Shown: piece after piece, positions 1 to 15,460 of the stretch
How the letters are laid out: each line of letters begins with the position of its first letter
How positions within the stretch are numbered: position 1 is the first letter of the stretch
Source of the DNA: the human T2T-CHM13v2.0 reference genome, Homo sapiens
NCBI RefSeq assembly: GCF_009914755.1
Contig: NC_060925.1
Direction: 5' to 3' (one strand)
DNA length: 64,000 bases
Notes under the pieces: generated by a model
The model's input: only the letters and a program-made list of their open reading frames with translations
The model's database searches: none
What the model was told of the DNA's origin: nothing
Made by a program: the position numbers and the translations under genes

Positions 1-247
<247 letters not shown>

Positions 248-278
248 CTAAAAAAATGCTAACCATTGTGCCATTATA

Positions 279-565
279 GGTATGGTGACTCACGCCTATA
301 ATCCCAACACTCTGGGAGGCCAAGGTAGGAGGATCCCTTGAACCCAGGAGCTCAAGATGATCCCAGGAAACACAGCAAGACCTCAACTCTACAAAAATTA
401 AAAAATTACCCAGGCATGGTGGCACATGCCTGTAGTCCTAGCTACTCAGGACACTGAGGTGTGAGGATTGCTGGAGCATAGGAGTTCAAGGCTGCAGTGA
501 ACTATGATCGTGCCACGCACTCCAGCCAGGGCAACAGAGTAAGACCCTGTCTCAAAAAAAAAAAA
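279..565 (+). mobile_element. AluJ-like element inserted in Tigger1
   Basis: Diverged Alu dimer flanked by repeated AAAAAATGCTAA. Confidence 0.85.
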
Positions 566-875
566 ATGCTAAGGATCATCTAAGCCTTCCAGAACATTGT
601 AATCTTTTTGCTAGTGGAGGGTTGTGCCTTGATATTGATGGCTGCTGCCTAATCAGAGTAGTGGTTGCTGAAGGTTGGGATGCCTGCAGAGCTTTCATAA
701 AACAAGACCACAATGCAAGTTTGCTCCATCAATTGACTTTTCATGTCATAAAAGAGTACCATGCAATGCTATTTGACAGTATTTTACCATAGGCAGAACT
801 TTCAAAATCATAGTCAATCTTCTCAAACCTTGCCATTGCTTTATCAACTAAGTTTAGGTAATATTCTAAATATTA
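566..875. mobile_element. Tigger1 DNA transposon fragment
   Basis: Resembles Tigger1 internal sequence (GATGGCTGCTG..GTGGTTGCTGAAGGTTGGG..ATCAACTAAGTTTA). Confidence 0.7.
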
Positions 876-1618
876 CATCTATATACCTTTAAAATCTCAC
901 CAAACACTGCAGCCGAGCAGAAACTCTGCCACACCTCGGAGAGCCCAACGGACTCTAGCCATCTGCCAGAGCAGGGTTTCGCACTGTCTGTGGTGCCCTG
1001 GGTCACCGCTAACCATCCTCCAACACCGCCAATGGGGCCAAGGAGGCTGGGGATGAGACCCTCATACACACTTCAACCCACTTCGCTCTACTTGTTTTTG
1101 CCGTCTTAATTGGGGTGCAGAGAACATTTCATTTCAGAATTAAAAAAAAAAAAAAAACCTGAGAATCTCTGCTGTGGTCCTACCCCTTGGTACACACCCA
1201 AGGTCCAACAAGCATTAGTGATAAGTCACAAAGATAAGCCAGGGCTAGAAACCAGAACCGGCTCCCACCTCAGCACTCATCCACCAAAAAACCTACTGGT
1301 AAAGGCCACATGAGGCCCAAGCTCCAATGCTCCAAACGTGCACGCCACACAGGTGAATCTTGCTGCAAAGTGTGTACACATCAGCTGGAGGTTCACCAAG
1401 TCATCCCAGGAAATCAGTATGTGAACAGCAATAAAACCCATGATAAAACTGGTCTTATCAGGTTTACATAAAAACATCATACTAATCTTTCTAAAGGCAT
1501 ACCCATGACATGAAAAAAATTCTGTAAATGAAACATCTGCAAACATATTTGTGAACTTTTGCTTTTGAAAATGAATGAACTTGCTAGAAGCTCACCGGAG
1601 ATGCATAAGAAATACCTA

Positions 1619-1810
<192 letters not shown>

Positions 1811-4072
1811 CTAGAATTAAAACAAAGCACATCGGTGTATGAGTTATCACAGAAGTCACCTGGAGAGGGGAAATCAACAGTGCTTTCATGTGTAAAATTC
1901 AACGAGAGCTCAGTGTAGCAAGGGGCAGGGATCATCAGTTGCATTTTATAAAAGGAACTAGGGCAGGAGGAGGACATGGCATCCACAGTGCAGACAGTAG
2001 GGCACAGATAGTCTTCAGTTACATGACCCCACCGACCCAGTCAGGACCCCTGCCCACCCATGAGTCTCCTTTTCTGGCCCAAGGTAGTGATGGCTTCCCC
2101 CTTAGAGACCAGCACTGTTTTATGAACCCCTGTTCCCATAAGGATCTTTCCATAGGTTTGTAAACACTCTGCACCTTGCCAACACCAACTCAAATCCGTC
2201 AGGAAAATACTAGGAACAGCACTTTGAATTCCTAATCAGAAATTTGGTAAAATAACGAAGAATGCACATGTATATTCAACTCAGCATTATTAGCACACAT
2301 TTTCTCCACAAAGCTCCAGCTTACAATAGCACATTTCGTATCTGTAGCTTTCAGGAAATTGGGAAATCGATCGGGTCAAATTCCAGGCATTGTTCCTTCT
2401 TTCTGCTTCTCTCTGGCTGGCCAAATGGAAGGAATGAGGACACTGTGAAAACCAATCCCTTGGGTTACAACCACATTAAAGTCATTGTCACAAACACGGT
2501 TTCACGGCTTGACTGAGTAAAGAGTTTTAAAATTACCAACTTTCATCCATTTACTTAAAAAGAAGTAGGACTAAAGCTAAACCCCGGTCTTTTTTGGACC
2601 CCAAAGTCCAGCAGAGCCACCTTGTTGAAGAGGACTCCAGAGGTGATCAGCTCTGAACCAAGGCCCTGCCTGCAGATCCTGCAGGCTCCCCTGGTGGGTG
2701 GAGCACACTTAAGTCACCAGGAAGCCGATTAGCCAGAGGCCCATGGGGTACAGGCAACAGCGGGTCCGACCAGGAGCCCCAGTTAGAGCTCTTTCCACTC
2801 CTAAGATCACAGCTGCACTGATCAGTAAGTGCTGCGGAGCGCTGCCTAGACCAGAGCCACCGGAACAGCCCAGAGGAAGGAGGAGCAGCTGTCCACTTCC
2901 ACCTGGGACTTCCAGCCTCTGTGTCCCATGCGCAGGAGAAACAACCCCCAAGCAGGAGGTGGTGACTGGACCATGAGCACAGTGCTCCACTTCCTACAGT
3001 GCTCCACTTGCTACGGCTTCCCCCCAGCCCTGGCTAACAGAGACAGCTGCACCCTTCAGGGGTGACAAAAGTAAAATGGGGTGGCTCCCCACTGCTCCCA
3101 GTCCCGGGCTTGGCTAAGGCAGCCAAGGGCATCCCTCTTAACACTGCTGCCTGAGGGCATGAACCCAGGCAGCATCGCAAGCGCAGCCATGGTCACAGCG
3201 AGGAGGTGGCCCGGAAGGAGGACGCGTCCCACTCTTGGTGACGAATGGACGCCCATGCCCTGCCTAGGATGGGTGGAGCACAGCATCCACCAGGAACAGA
3301 GACACCCAGAGGATCCAGGAATTTGCGCTGCCCTGGGAGCGAAGGAGGAGGCAAGACTCCAGTGGTGGTGGCCAGGGGTCCTAAGGGACTTTGCTTATTT
3401 GGCTGGACATGCCAGTGGGGAACAGCCACACCAGTGTCACTGCCCAGACTGCACTCAGGTCCCACACAGATCCCCGCATGCATGCGTGCTCTCAAGGCCT
3501 CTAAAATCCGGACACAGATGGCCCCATGGTCTCTACTGGGCTAAACCACAGCCAACTTCATATACAAGCAGATGTGAATACAGAAAAGAAAACAGTTCTT
3601 GTTTCTTCCAAGTTAGCCTCTTCCAGACTGTTCCTGCCAGATGATATCCCATCCTGTTATATCCTAATAAAAATTTAGAATCGGCATCTTGTTTCACATT
3701 AATCTCTTTTCCCATCACAATCGGACTTCAAACCATCCACTTCTGCAGAGCCCTTTGCTGCAGCTAAATTCCAGATCATGGGCCAGGTTACTGCCACATT
3801 CACGCCCCCGTCACAGGGTGAGCGGGGATTTGGGTGGTCCCTGGCAATTCAATGAGAAAACACCCACACCATGGAAGGACATAGAATCAGAAAAGTAAGA
3901 AATGGAAGCATATGACTCTAAGCCACACTTTCAACATTTGCCAAATACAAAAACAATGTCTTCCTGTTCCCCGTCCAGTTAGCTGACAACAGATTATAAA
4001 ACAGTGCTGAGCAACTATAGCATACCAACGACATGGTGATTATAACTCCACTGCTTTTTAAAAATCAAATTA

Positions 4073-4387
<315 letters not shown>

Positions 4388-5249
4388 TTAGGAAAACTTG
4401 TCACTATAAGGATTCAACAATGTCTAGACTACTTTTGTAAACAGTTATCATTATAAAATACAGAAGTGTATTATTACAGGATCAAAAACAAAATAAAGTA
4501 AAATATGTATCTACGTTTTCATGCTATCTATACAACTTCTAATTTTCCACTTAGGGGATTCCAATATCTAATTTTCCAATTTCACAGTTCTTTTTGGTTC
4601 TCCATCAGTAGATGATCTCCTCTGTGCAAAGTATCTGTCAGTTACATAAACATGCATTTTTCCTCACTTTTCTGTTTAACAGCTTTAATAACAACAACAA
4701 AAAATCTGTGTAGCCAATTATTGATCATTCTTTCTGAGACCTCAACAGGCGAATGGGGGCCTGGTGGGAAGCCAGTCGCCATGTATTTGCCCACACTTGC
4801 TCACTGCCAGCCCACAGAGGGACCGGCAGACAGGAACTGCCCGAAAACCACCTGGCTCTGCAGAGAAGGCCAAGCACAAGCAGAGTCACAGTGAGTCTAA
4901 CACGCTCCTACAGCCAGTGGATCCTAGTGCTTGAGATGACATCCACTACTTCATCATTCCTTTTCCTGCCCAACTTGGGTTTGAATTCACACAAACTGAA
5001 AAGAAAAAAAAAGCCCCAAATACACCGAATTGCTCCCATTTAGACTTTTTAAGTATAACAGCACCAAATACACAAGTACAAATACACAAAAGACAAAATA
5101 CACAATACACAAAAGACAAATGAGGAATACACTTGGATTATGAGTCAGGTTTTGTTGTGGAACAGAAGTGCCACACTTGCATTTACCACGCAAAGCCGCT
5201 CACAGAAAACAGGCCCTTGGCCTCTGGAAATGCTACAAACCAGAGTCCC

Positions 5250-5877
5250 TGTGGCGGGCTCAATGTGTCCTCCAAAAAGATGCTCTCAGCCTAATCCCCG
5301 GAACCTGTGGCTGTGGCTTTGTTGGAAACAAGGGTCTCTGTGGATGTGATTAGTTACAGTGTTGTGGGATGAGATAATCCTTCATTATCTAGACTGGCCC
5401 TAACTCCAATGGCAAGCATCCCTGTAGGAGCAGGGGAGAGAGAGACAGACACAGAGGGAGACACAGAGAAGAGGCCACATGACGAGGGGGCGGAGAACGG
5501 AGTGATATGGCCACAGGCCAAGGACAGCTAGGAGCCCCAAAACCCACAAGAGGCAGGGAGGCCCCATCCCACAGAACCTCCGGAGGAACTCAGTCCTGCC
5601 ACACCTGGGGTTTCCTCGGAAGGAGCTCGGCCCGCCACACCTGAGCTTTGCCTGAGGAGGATCTCGGCTCTGTCACACCAGGGGTTTCCTGGGGAGGAGC
5701 TGGGCCCCACCACACCTGGGGTTTCCTGGGGAGAAACTTAGCCCTACCACACCTGGGGTTTGCCAGCAGAGCAGATTGTGGACCTGTGGCCTCAGAGCTG
5801 TGAGAGCACACATTTCCGCTGCTTTGAGCTGTGGAGGGTGTGACACTTTGTTACAGAAGCCACTGGAAAGTCATACA
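5250..5877 (+). mobile_element. MaLR solo LTR (MLT1-like) with an internal tandem repeat
   Basis: TG...CA ends, MLT1 motifs, near TSD GTCCC/GGCCC. Confidence 0.75.
5590..5770. repeat. About 37-bp degenerate minisatellite, about 5 copies
   Basis: Recurring CCACACCTGGGGTTTCCT..GGAGGAGCTCGGC. Confidence 0.8.
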
Positions 5878-7131
5878 GGCCCTTGATGGCTTCTGTCCTC
5901 AGATCAACCTGAACTTACTTAGACGAAGGTGAAAACATCACATTACTTCACGAGCTTCATTTTGTTTAGATTTTCAGTGAGACCTTTTCACTCTTGCCTA
6001 GGCACCCAGCCTCTGGCCCTGGGCCCAGTTCTGCTGGGACCTCCAGCCCCAGGAACTGGGAATGCACAGTGAAGGGGATGGCGGCCGTTCTCTGGGTAAT
6101 GATAGGGTGGGGTCCCCGCCAAGCAGCGCACTCACGCTCCACTGTCTCAAGGCCTTATCCAGATAGAGAGCTGGGCCCAGGGGAACTGCCACCTCGATGG
6201 AGGTGACATGTGGCACTTGGCTGAGGACAAATTTTAAAAAGACAAACTACTGCGTCAAAACATCTCTGAATGTTCCTAGTATCACACAAATCACAGAGGA
6301 CATAAAGAAAAAAGAGAGAGAAATGTAGGTCTATAATTATGCAGACGAAGGAGACAGGGAGGCCTAAGATAAGTGTGAGGAAAGCAGCTCAGGCCCTGGG
6401 CTGGGAACACGCGCAGTCACACTCACGTGGTGTGAGAGCCACAGCAGGGACAGGGCTGACCCCTCGCAGGCACCATCCACCCTGTGCACCAGCTCCCACC
6501 CTGTGAAATGACCACCATACAGGCGCAGGAAACAGAGCAACCAGCCGCACACGGCGGGTGGCACAGACCCAGGAGCATCCTTGGAGGTGGAGCCTGGTGT
6601 CCCCCAGCAGCATGACAGGTGGGGCACACAAGCGGCGGGTGGCTCCGGAACTCAGAGCTCAGGGCACGGGCTGAGGGCAAGTCCTTCCCGATGGCTCGCT
6701 CGCTGGCCGGCATTCTCCCTGAAGGACACGGAGCTCTTGGCCCTTGAGGCGAACTTCACAAGGCCAGAGAGACTGAGCCCCACCAGGTGAAGAGCTGGGG
6801 GTGGCAGGCAGCCAGGCTGGCGTTGGTGCCTCTACCTCCTGGCTGAGCAGCAGGAAGAACCAGGAGCCCAGAGGTCACAACAGCAGCACAGCCACTGCCA
6901 GCAACAGCGGAGGTTCACAAGCCAGATGCCATCAACCAGAAGCTACTCAGTCCTCAAATCGGATCCAGTACATGCAGAACTGAGTCCAAACGAGACGGAC
7001 AGCAAACCCGGCAGTGGCTCCCAGACATTCCTGGGGGAAAGGAATCCTAACCACAGGCAGTTAAAGTCATCTCCTCCAACCCTCTATGACACAGGCTGTG
7101 CGCTGTCATTTAAAAGCTGAGTGAAATTTAA

Positions 7132-7636
7132 CCCTTTTCCCATTTAGAAAAACAAAGCGCAGCTGGCTGCCAGCACTCATTTAATTTTACATAAACGTGC
7201 TCTTTGAGGCTGAAGCAAATCTGACTGATTTTCAATGTGAAAATAAAATGTAAAAACTGTTCTTGGAATTATTTCTAAACAGAACATCAGAATCGTCTGA
7301 ATCATCAGAATCGGCTATTTTGGAAAAATCGGATTCATCAAACGAATCTTCGGCCAACAACTGTTAGAGAACGATGTTAACACCACGCATAGGAATGTTA
7401 CATTTTCTAGAATTTGACATTTTCATTGACGGAAAATTACTGTATCTTGTATATGGAAATACCACTACTAAAAACATAATGCTATAAATAGAATGATGTC
7501 TTTTGTTTCCAAAGTCAATATACTCGAGCAATGCAAAAATAATAATAAAAGTGAGATACTTCATGGCAAAGCTGCCGCAGGATAAACATTGCAGCCACAA
7601 GTGCCCCCAGTATTCTCGGGGCAAACTGGAAAAGGG
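7132..7636. mobile_element. MER75 piggyBac-family non-autonomous transposon, apparently full length
   Basis: TTAA|CCCTTTTCCCATTT ... AAACTGGAAAAGGG|CTAA: terminal inverted repeats and a TTAA-type TSD. The interior matches the recalled MER75 consensus. Confidence 0.88.
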
Positions 7637-8574
7637 CTAACAGGCAACATTTTCATGTTATTCTACTGAGTGCAGTAATTATTTTTAAAAATATACATGA
7701 ATAATGAAAAAACTGTGGTATGGTTTTAAAGAAATTTCCATAACCTGGTGAAACTCTTCACACAGGGTAATAGGTTCATAAAGCCTTGGTCCTCTGCAAA
7801 ACAAGCATCAACTTGACAATGACTAAAAGAAGCAACAGCAAAACTGTCACGCATTTGGAGCCATGGCCTGGGTTGGGCCGGTGTAAAGCTCTCCGCCCTC
7901 TGGAGCAAGTCTGGGCCCCAGCGGCTGGCAAGTGGGCACTGCAGGGCCTGGGTTGGGCAGGTGTGCAGCTCTCCGTCATCTGAGCCTAGTCTGAGGCCTG
8001 GTGGCTGGCACGTGGGCCCTGCAGGGCCTCTACTTCTCACCCCAGCTCCACTTCCCTCCCTGCCCTCACTGGGTCTCACAGAGCCAATGAACACTGGGGT
8101 CAGATTCAGGGCCCAGCATCCACTGCAGTGGGCACTGCCCTTCCACAAGGCCTGGCTCCAGGAAGCAACCCCCACCTCAGCCACACAGTAGGGCAACAGG
8201 AAATCCCATTCCCCCATGCCAGTGACTACACCAGGGAAGGGGCTCACGTGAGGCTGGCCCCAGGCCTGCTGTGAGACCGCGTTGTCTATGAGCTTGGATT
8301 TAAGGAACTTGGGAGCAAGAAGCTTTCTTTCATTACGGGCCACCAGCAGGGAAAAAAGTTAGCCCAACGCAGTTGACAGTCACACCCCCACCAGGACCCC
8401 AGGGCACAGAAGGAGGGAAGAGGACAACAGAGGATGAGGTGGGGCCAGCAGAGGGACAGAGAAGAGCTGCCTGCCCTGGAACAGGCAGAAAGCATCCCAC
8501 GTGCAAGAAAAAGTAGGCCAGCTAGACTTAAAATCAGAACTACCGCTCACCAAAAGATAGTGTAACATTTGGGG

Positions 8575-8939
8575 TGCTATAATTTTAACATGTCCCCCAA
8601 AAGGCATGTGTTGGAAATTTAATCCCCAACAAACCAGGGCTGGGAGGTGGAGCCTCATGAGAGGTGGTGAGGCCATGAGGGTGGAGTGAATGGATGAATG
8701 CCATTGTCTCGGGAATGGGCCTCTTCTACAAGGACGAGTTCAGCCCCCCTTTCTCTTGCTCACCCTCTCTTTGCCCTTTCGCTAGGGAGTGACGTAACAA
8801 GAAGGCCCTCACAAGATGCTGGCACCTTGATCTTGGACTCCCCATCCTCCAGAACCATGCATGAGCCAATAAATTCTATTCACTATAAATGACCCAGTCT
8901 GTGGTATTCAGTTACAGCAGCAGAAAACAGACTCAGACA
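8575..8939 (+). mobile_element. MaLR solo LTR (MST-like)
   Basis: TGCTAT...CAGACA ends, AATAAA, typical MST motifs. Confidence 0.8.
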
Positions 8940-8999
8940 GGAGCAACCAGGGAAAGGGGACACAAATCTCCCCGCTTTACTCTTCATAACTGCAATATG

Positions 9000-10130
9000 A
9001 ATCTACAATTACCTCAAAATACAAAGCTTAATTTTAAAGACAGCATGCGGTATATAATAAGAGCTACATAAAATGCTAGTAAAATTGCTTAAATAATAAT
9101 GACTGTCTACAAAAACAAAATAAAAACACAGTGCTAATTCAGACAATATAATGAAAGAAAACATCCCATTTACAACAGCAGCACAAAAAATTAAATACCC
9201 ATGAAAAAATTTAATAAGAATTGTTAAAAATCTACATTTTAAAACCATTTTTAAAATCATTCCTGAAAGACACAAAAATAGACTTGAACAAATGGAAAGA
9301 CATCCTGTTCTTGGTTAGGGCAACTAAACATCCTTGAGATGTAAAATTCTCTCTAAATTCAATCATAAATTTACTGCAATCCCAATTTTTAAAATGCCAA
9401 TCAGCATTTTTTGGAGCTAGACCTCTTGATACAAAAGTTAATCCAGAAAATAAACATGCAAGAAAAGCTAGAAAAGCAAGGAAAACAAGAACCATAAAGC
9501 TGAACTTGCCTTACCAAATGCTAAAACACACAACAGAGCCTCCAAAATTAAAACAGTATGGCCATGGTACATTAACAGACAGGGCAGCCCATGAGAGTAA
9601 AAGTCCAAAAACAGATGCACTATCCATAAAGACAGAGTATGTGATAAAGACAGCACATTAAGTCACCATGGCAAAGGGGGACTTCTGAGTAAGTGGTAGT
9701 GGGACCAGATGGCCACTGGGAAAAGATAAAATCAGATCCATCCCTCACACCACAAACAAGAGATCTAGACAAAAAAAAAAAAAAAAAAAAAAAAGGGCAG
9801 GAGAAACATTGCACGAGGAGAAAATATGGGTGAATTCCTCTATGACTGGGGAACGAAGAAAGGCTTTTTCCCTGACTCAAAATCCAGATACAATAAAAGA
9901 AAGAACTTATATATCTGACTACATTAAAAGATGTTTTAATGTTTACACAGCCAGGAAAAAAAATAAAAAGATAAATGACAAAATGAGGAGAAAATATCTG
10001 CACTATTTATCACAGATAAAGAGCAAATATCCTTAACATACAAAGAACTTTTAATATTTGATGAAAAATGCAAAAACTACAGAAAAATGGGCAAAATAAG
10101 TAGAGATGAAGATGAGCCTGAAGCATCTTC
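9000..10130 (+). mobile_element. Old L1M ORF2 fragment(s)
   Basis: A-rich L1 ORF2-like sequence (AAATGGAAAGACATCC, AAAACAGTATGG). Confidence 0.7.
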
Positions 10131-10729
10131 TGAAGCCAGAAAGTACTCAAACACAAAACAGGACGAAGGATGCCATAGGACACAGGGGCCAGCCTCAAGG
10201 ACTCCATCCGGCCAAATCTGGGACAATTTGTACCAAAATAATCAGAAGCAGTGACTTTGAAAACAGGGATCCCTGAGTCCAGACCCATGTGCGCTTGATG
10301 GACAAGTCAACCATCTACCCACCAGTGAGGAGACAGGGGGCCCTGGGGACAGGAGGTGCCATGCCAGCTGCAGGTCTGTGGGAAAGCTGGGCTGGGGCTC
10401 CTCCTCCTGCAGGAAGCATAAACGACGCCAACCCAAGGGGGACAATCGGATGAGGAGCAGATACCCACGTGGTCTCAGAGTCTCCCCACAGATCACTTAT
10501 TAGCTGCATGGAGGAAAAAAGGTAACTCTACAGTGGAGATATCAGCAAAGATCACCACAACCAACCTCGCCCAGGATGAACACATGCACGTCTGGATGTG
10601 GGACCCAAGGACTGCCCCTTGCTCACACGGACCACTACCAGGAAGGCACAACCTGACTCCAACTATGAGGAAGCATCAGATGAACCCAAGCAACATACGC
10701 ATTAAAAATTTTTTAAAGAAGGGAGACTA

Positions 10730-11046
<317 letters not shown>

Positions 11047-13169
11047 TTAAAAATAAAATCATAAATGACAAAAAAAAAAAAAAAAAGCTGAGGAACTGTT
11101 CCAGAATTAAGGAGGTCAAAGAGACACAGAAACCAGACACAAGACATGATCCTGAACTGGACACGGTACTGGAGGAAAGGCCATCAGGGACACACATGGA
11201 TCAGTTCAACAGACCCTGGAACATAGGCCATTGATTTTGTTCCAAGAATATGAGTTAATACATAAACAATAAATCAGGCAAATCTTCACCCCTTAGAGAT
11301 TTGGGGAGAGGGTTATTTTGTCATGTGACCCACAGAAAAGGACTGTATTCACCCCCAGAGGCTCAGGAGGATGCCCGCTTATTCAGACATGAAACGCAGC
11401 CAAGACACCGGATCTGGTGATTTTTGCAGGTTTGCCCCTGTTGCATTTCATGCTCATGTTACAGGGAGTTTGCTCCATCACTCATTCAGTCAGCAAACAT
11501 TTCTGGAGCCCACACTTGCATGCATAAGACATTTCAAAAGAGGCAGTGCTGTGGCAGTCAAATGAGGTTGCACTGTCCCCAGGATCCTGGGAAGAAAGTG
11601 GTCTGGACAGGAGGGACTACTTCTTTGGTAGTTTCTTTAGCTTCTTCACAGCTAACCCAAACATAAATTACAGGAAAAAGGTTTTAGATGCTTTGGTTAA
11701 CTAAAAAATGCAAAAAAATTAACAGCAGATTAAAGTCAGTGAGTGTGTCTTGGCAAAACTTTTGTTCCTAGTTTGTTTCCAATGACTACAAAATACTCAG
11801 GACCCAAAGAATACATGCAGACTCCAGTGCCTGGGTGTGCCCTGAACACAGTATTTGTTCCATGTTCTCATCAGCCCAGGTAGCCTCCTCGTCTGTGCAT
11901 ACCATTTACAGATGAATCCTTCCACAAAGGGCCCCTAGACACCATAGCTTTTGCCTCCTGATCTGATGCATGAGGCCAAGTGAAGCAGCTGCCAAAAGCC
12001 TGGTGCATTTTGGCTCTCCCAGCATTACGAATGTGTGATGAAGGCAGCAGGGCCACAGGGAGAGCAGATCCTCCAGTCAAAGGCAACATGAGGAAGCCAC
12101 TGCCAGGGAACAACAGACAGGCCGCCCAGCTCATGCAGGAAGACGGCTGTCACAAGTCACTTTCCAGGGAAAAGCACATTGCTGGGGTTTGTCCGTTTCT
12201 TATTAAGTAAAATACTTAAAAAATGTACACCCAGGCTGACTGGATGTTTGATGATACTAAGAAATGCAGTCAAGGTTAGGTGTGATGATGGTGTTCACAG
12301 TGACACTCCAGAGCCCTGTCTTTTGGAGAGACATGGTGAGCCATCTGTAGATGAAAGGATGCAATGTCTAGGATGCGGTCTCCAATAGCCCAGGTGGAAC
12401 GGGACGGGAGAAAGAGATGAGACATGAGCGATAAATTGGGGGTTGGAGGTGGGTGCAGGGAGCGCACCACATGCTTCTCCACTGTTAGCTTTGAAATTTC
12501 CCAAAATAAAAAAGTTTTTAAAAAAAAAAGAAATGTTCATGCCAAAAGGTTTACAGATGAAATAAAATGATGCCTGGAATTTGTTTCAGAATAATTCAAA
12601 ACGGGTTGTGGGAGAGGACATAGAAGAAGCAGATTGTCCAGGAAGCTGGCAGCCGGGGAAGCTCCGTGGGGCCCATCGCACCAGCCAGCCTGTTTTCAGC
12701 TGTGCTTACAGCTTCCACCACGCAGGGTCCTCACCAAAGACAAGGAGGAGGACGCTGCAGCCGGAAGGCACAACCACACCCAGCTGAAAAAATCCCCACC
12801 CAGCTGAAGAAGGCTGCTCTGGGAGACACTGCTGCAGACGGGGTGGCTGAGGTGGGAGGGCCCTGCCACAGCCCGCCCTGGGCCTTCCAAGGAGCGCGCT
12901 GGGCTCCTCTACCACAGCCACCGTCACAGACGGCCCCGCCATTGTGCCTTTCTCCTCTCACGTCCCGCTCAATTCCAGTTTCACCCGGTGGATGCTTAAC
13001 CCACTTCCAATGGTTCCGCACAGGAAGCAATTTTTGTGTGGAAGGTCATTTCACACACTGCAACATTTCCATTCCAGATTTCACCCAGGAAAGCGCACTT
13101 GATGACAGTAAAGTGGAATCCAGTATTCCCAGTTACAATCGACCAGCACATCGGAAAGTACCAATGACT

Positions 13170-13460
13170 GGCCGGGCGCGGTGGTTCACGTCTGGAACCT
13201 GAGCACTTTGGGAGGCCAAGGAGGGCAGATCACTTGAGGTCAGAAGTCTGAGACCTGCCTGGCCAACGTGGGAAAACCCCGTCTCTATTAAAAATACAAA
13301 AATTAGCTGGGCATGGTGGCCCGTGCCTATAGTCCCAGCTACTCAGGAGACTGAGGCAGGAGAGTCACTTGAACCCAGGAGGCGGAGGTTGCAGTGAGCC
13401 GAGATCGCGCCACTGAGGGGCGACAGAGTGAGACTCTGTCTCGAAAAGAGAAGAGAAGAG
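13170..13460 (+). mobile_element. AluS
   Basis: Alu dimer with an AAGAG-type tail. Confidence 0.92.
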
Positions 13461-14244
13461 AAATCAGTGACTCCATAGCCTCACCCGCACCCGCACCCCA
13501 GACGCCCATGAAGCGGCCACCATCGAAACCACCTGTTGTCAGGAATTTCAGATGAGGGTTAAAAAAGAATAAAGTATCGCTAAGACATCTTGGTTTCAGC
13601 ATACAGATGTCATAATCACAAGTAAATTACAATTAATATTCTCTAGAAGACACTGAGAGTGAGGCGCCAGCCCTCCTGCTCCTCCCCACCTCCCCCCACA
13701 GCCCCTGGGAACCACACATCAGCCATCAGGCGCTGCCAGGACACCCTGAGGCCATTTCTCCTCCGCTCACTCCCCAGCCTGGGCAGCCCCATCCCTCCCC
13801 ATGAGCCACACCCACCCCAGAAGACCCCTCCCACCCAAGGGTATTCACAAACAGCTGTATTTTAGCTGAAATTTCTGGTCATAAGTAAAGAAAAGCAGAA
13901 CTGGAACAGTTTCATTAAATGACTGTGACTGTGTCAGTCCACAGAACGCTTGGCACTTCTGGATTTCTGCACCTAATTAGGACTCGGAATCATAGGGACC
14001 GGAGGCATGGACACTGGCAAGGTCAACTCGCCGCTACCAGAAGAGATTAGAAACACCAAATGGCAGCTACACCCCGACACCCTGCTCTCCGGCCTGAGGC
14101 ACACCCTAAGACCGTCCTCAGCACCTCATGCTCCTTCACAGGCTGTTCCTGAGAGAGCGGCCCAGTCGCGATGGCAGGCCAGATCGCCATGGAAGATGTC
14201 TTGTCAACCGTTTTTTGGTTTCTGATTTACTTGTTAAAATGATA

Positions 14245-14690
14245 CAGAAGTACCCCGATCTGCAGTTTCAGTGACCCTCAGTCAACCTTGGTCTGAAAAT
14301 ATTAAACAGAAAACTCCAGAAGAAAACAATCCCTAAGTCCTAAATTGCGTGCCACTCTGAGCAGTGTGATTAGATCTGGCATTGTCCCCCCCCAGGGCGT
14401 GAATCATCCCTCCGTCCCGCATATCCACACTGTAGACACCACCCACCCATTGCAGTTGAGAGGTAGAGAGAGAGAGACTACGTTCACTTTTATTACTGTA
14501 TATTATAATTGTTCTATTTTATTGTTATTGTTGTTAAATATCTTACCGTACCTAATTTATAAACTGTGTCATAGGTATGTATATGCAGGACAAAACCTAG
14601 TATGTACCGTGTAGGGGTCAGTACTACAGAGGTTTCAGGCCCCCACTGGGGTCTTGGAACAAACGCCCCATGGAAAAGGCGGAACTGCAT
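14245..14690. mobile_element. Tigger2a/MER28-like DNA transposon
   Basis: GAAAATATTAAA..GAAAA.TCCAGAA..AAACAAT, GTGAATCATCCCT and CACTGGGGTCTTGGAAC motifs. Confidence 0.75.
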
Positions 14691-15030
14691 TATTGACTTT
14701 TTCAAACAGAAAACTAAATCTTAAGAACAGCAGGATTTGGGTTTCTCAAAGAATCTACATTAATATAAATGATGTCCACATATTTTATTTCTTTCAACTG
14801 AACCTATAAATTCTTACTCTTAGTGTTCTATAGGTATATATAAAGTTCCCTATGAGAAACCATCTCTCATTTGTGCAAACTCAAGCTTTACCACACTACT
14901 GTCATATAAAAATACATTAAAATGGCCTCATTTTTCAAAATAATTAGCGATTCAATAATCATGAATTAACGCTATTATGATACATGAAACTTACTGACCT
15001 ATGCATTACTCCCAGCCAGCAGAATGCACC

Positions 15031-15460
15031 TGTGATTTGTGAAATATGTATTTGATCTTCGTCCAGTTTCCTGGTATACAACTCCTGAAACCCCCGGAAT
15101 CTCCGAAGTGCTATCTTTTGTGTGCTAATGAGATGACTGTGGCTGGTAGCCCCTAGGTGGCTTCAGGATGGGGCTGCTCACAGAAAGACCAAGGCAGGGG
15201 GAGGAGAGTGACTGAAGGTTACATTGATCATCAATGGCCAATGTTTAATCAATTATGCCTACGTAATAAAGTTTTCATCAAAACCCAAAAGGACTGACTT
15301 CAGAGAGCTCTGGACAGCTGAACCCATGGAAGTGCCCAGAGGGCGGTGCCCAGGAGGGCATGGGAGCTCCAAGTCCTTCCCACATTCTTTGCCCTCTCCA
15401 TCTCATCTGTATCCTTTGTAACATTCCTTACAATCAGCTGATAAATGTCAGTAAAGTGAT
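15031..15460 (+). mobile_element. MER21-like ERVL LTR
   Basis: GCTTCAGGATGGGGCTG..AGAAAGACCAAGGC and CAATGGCCAATG.TTAATCAAT.ATGCCTACGTAAT motifs. Confidence 0.75.
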
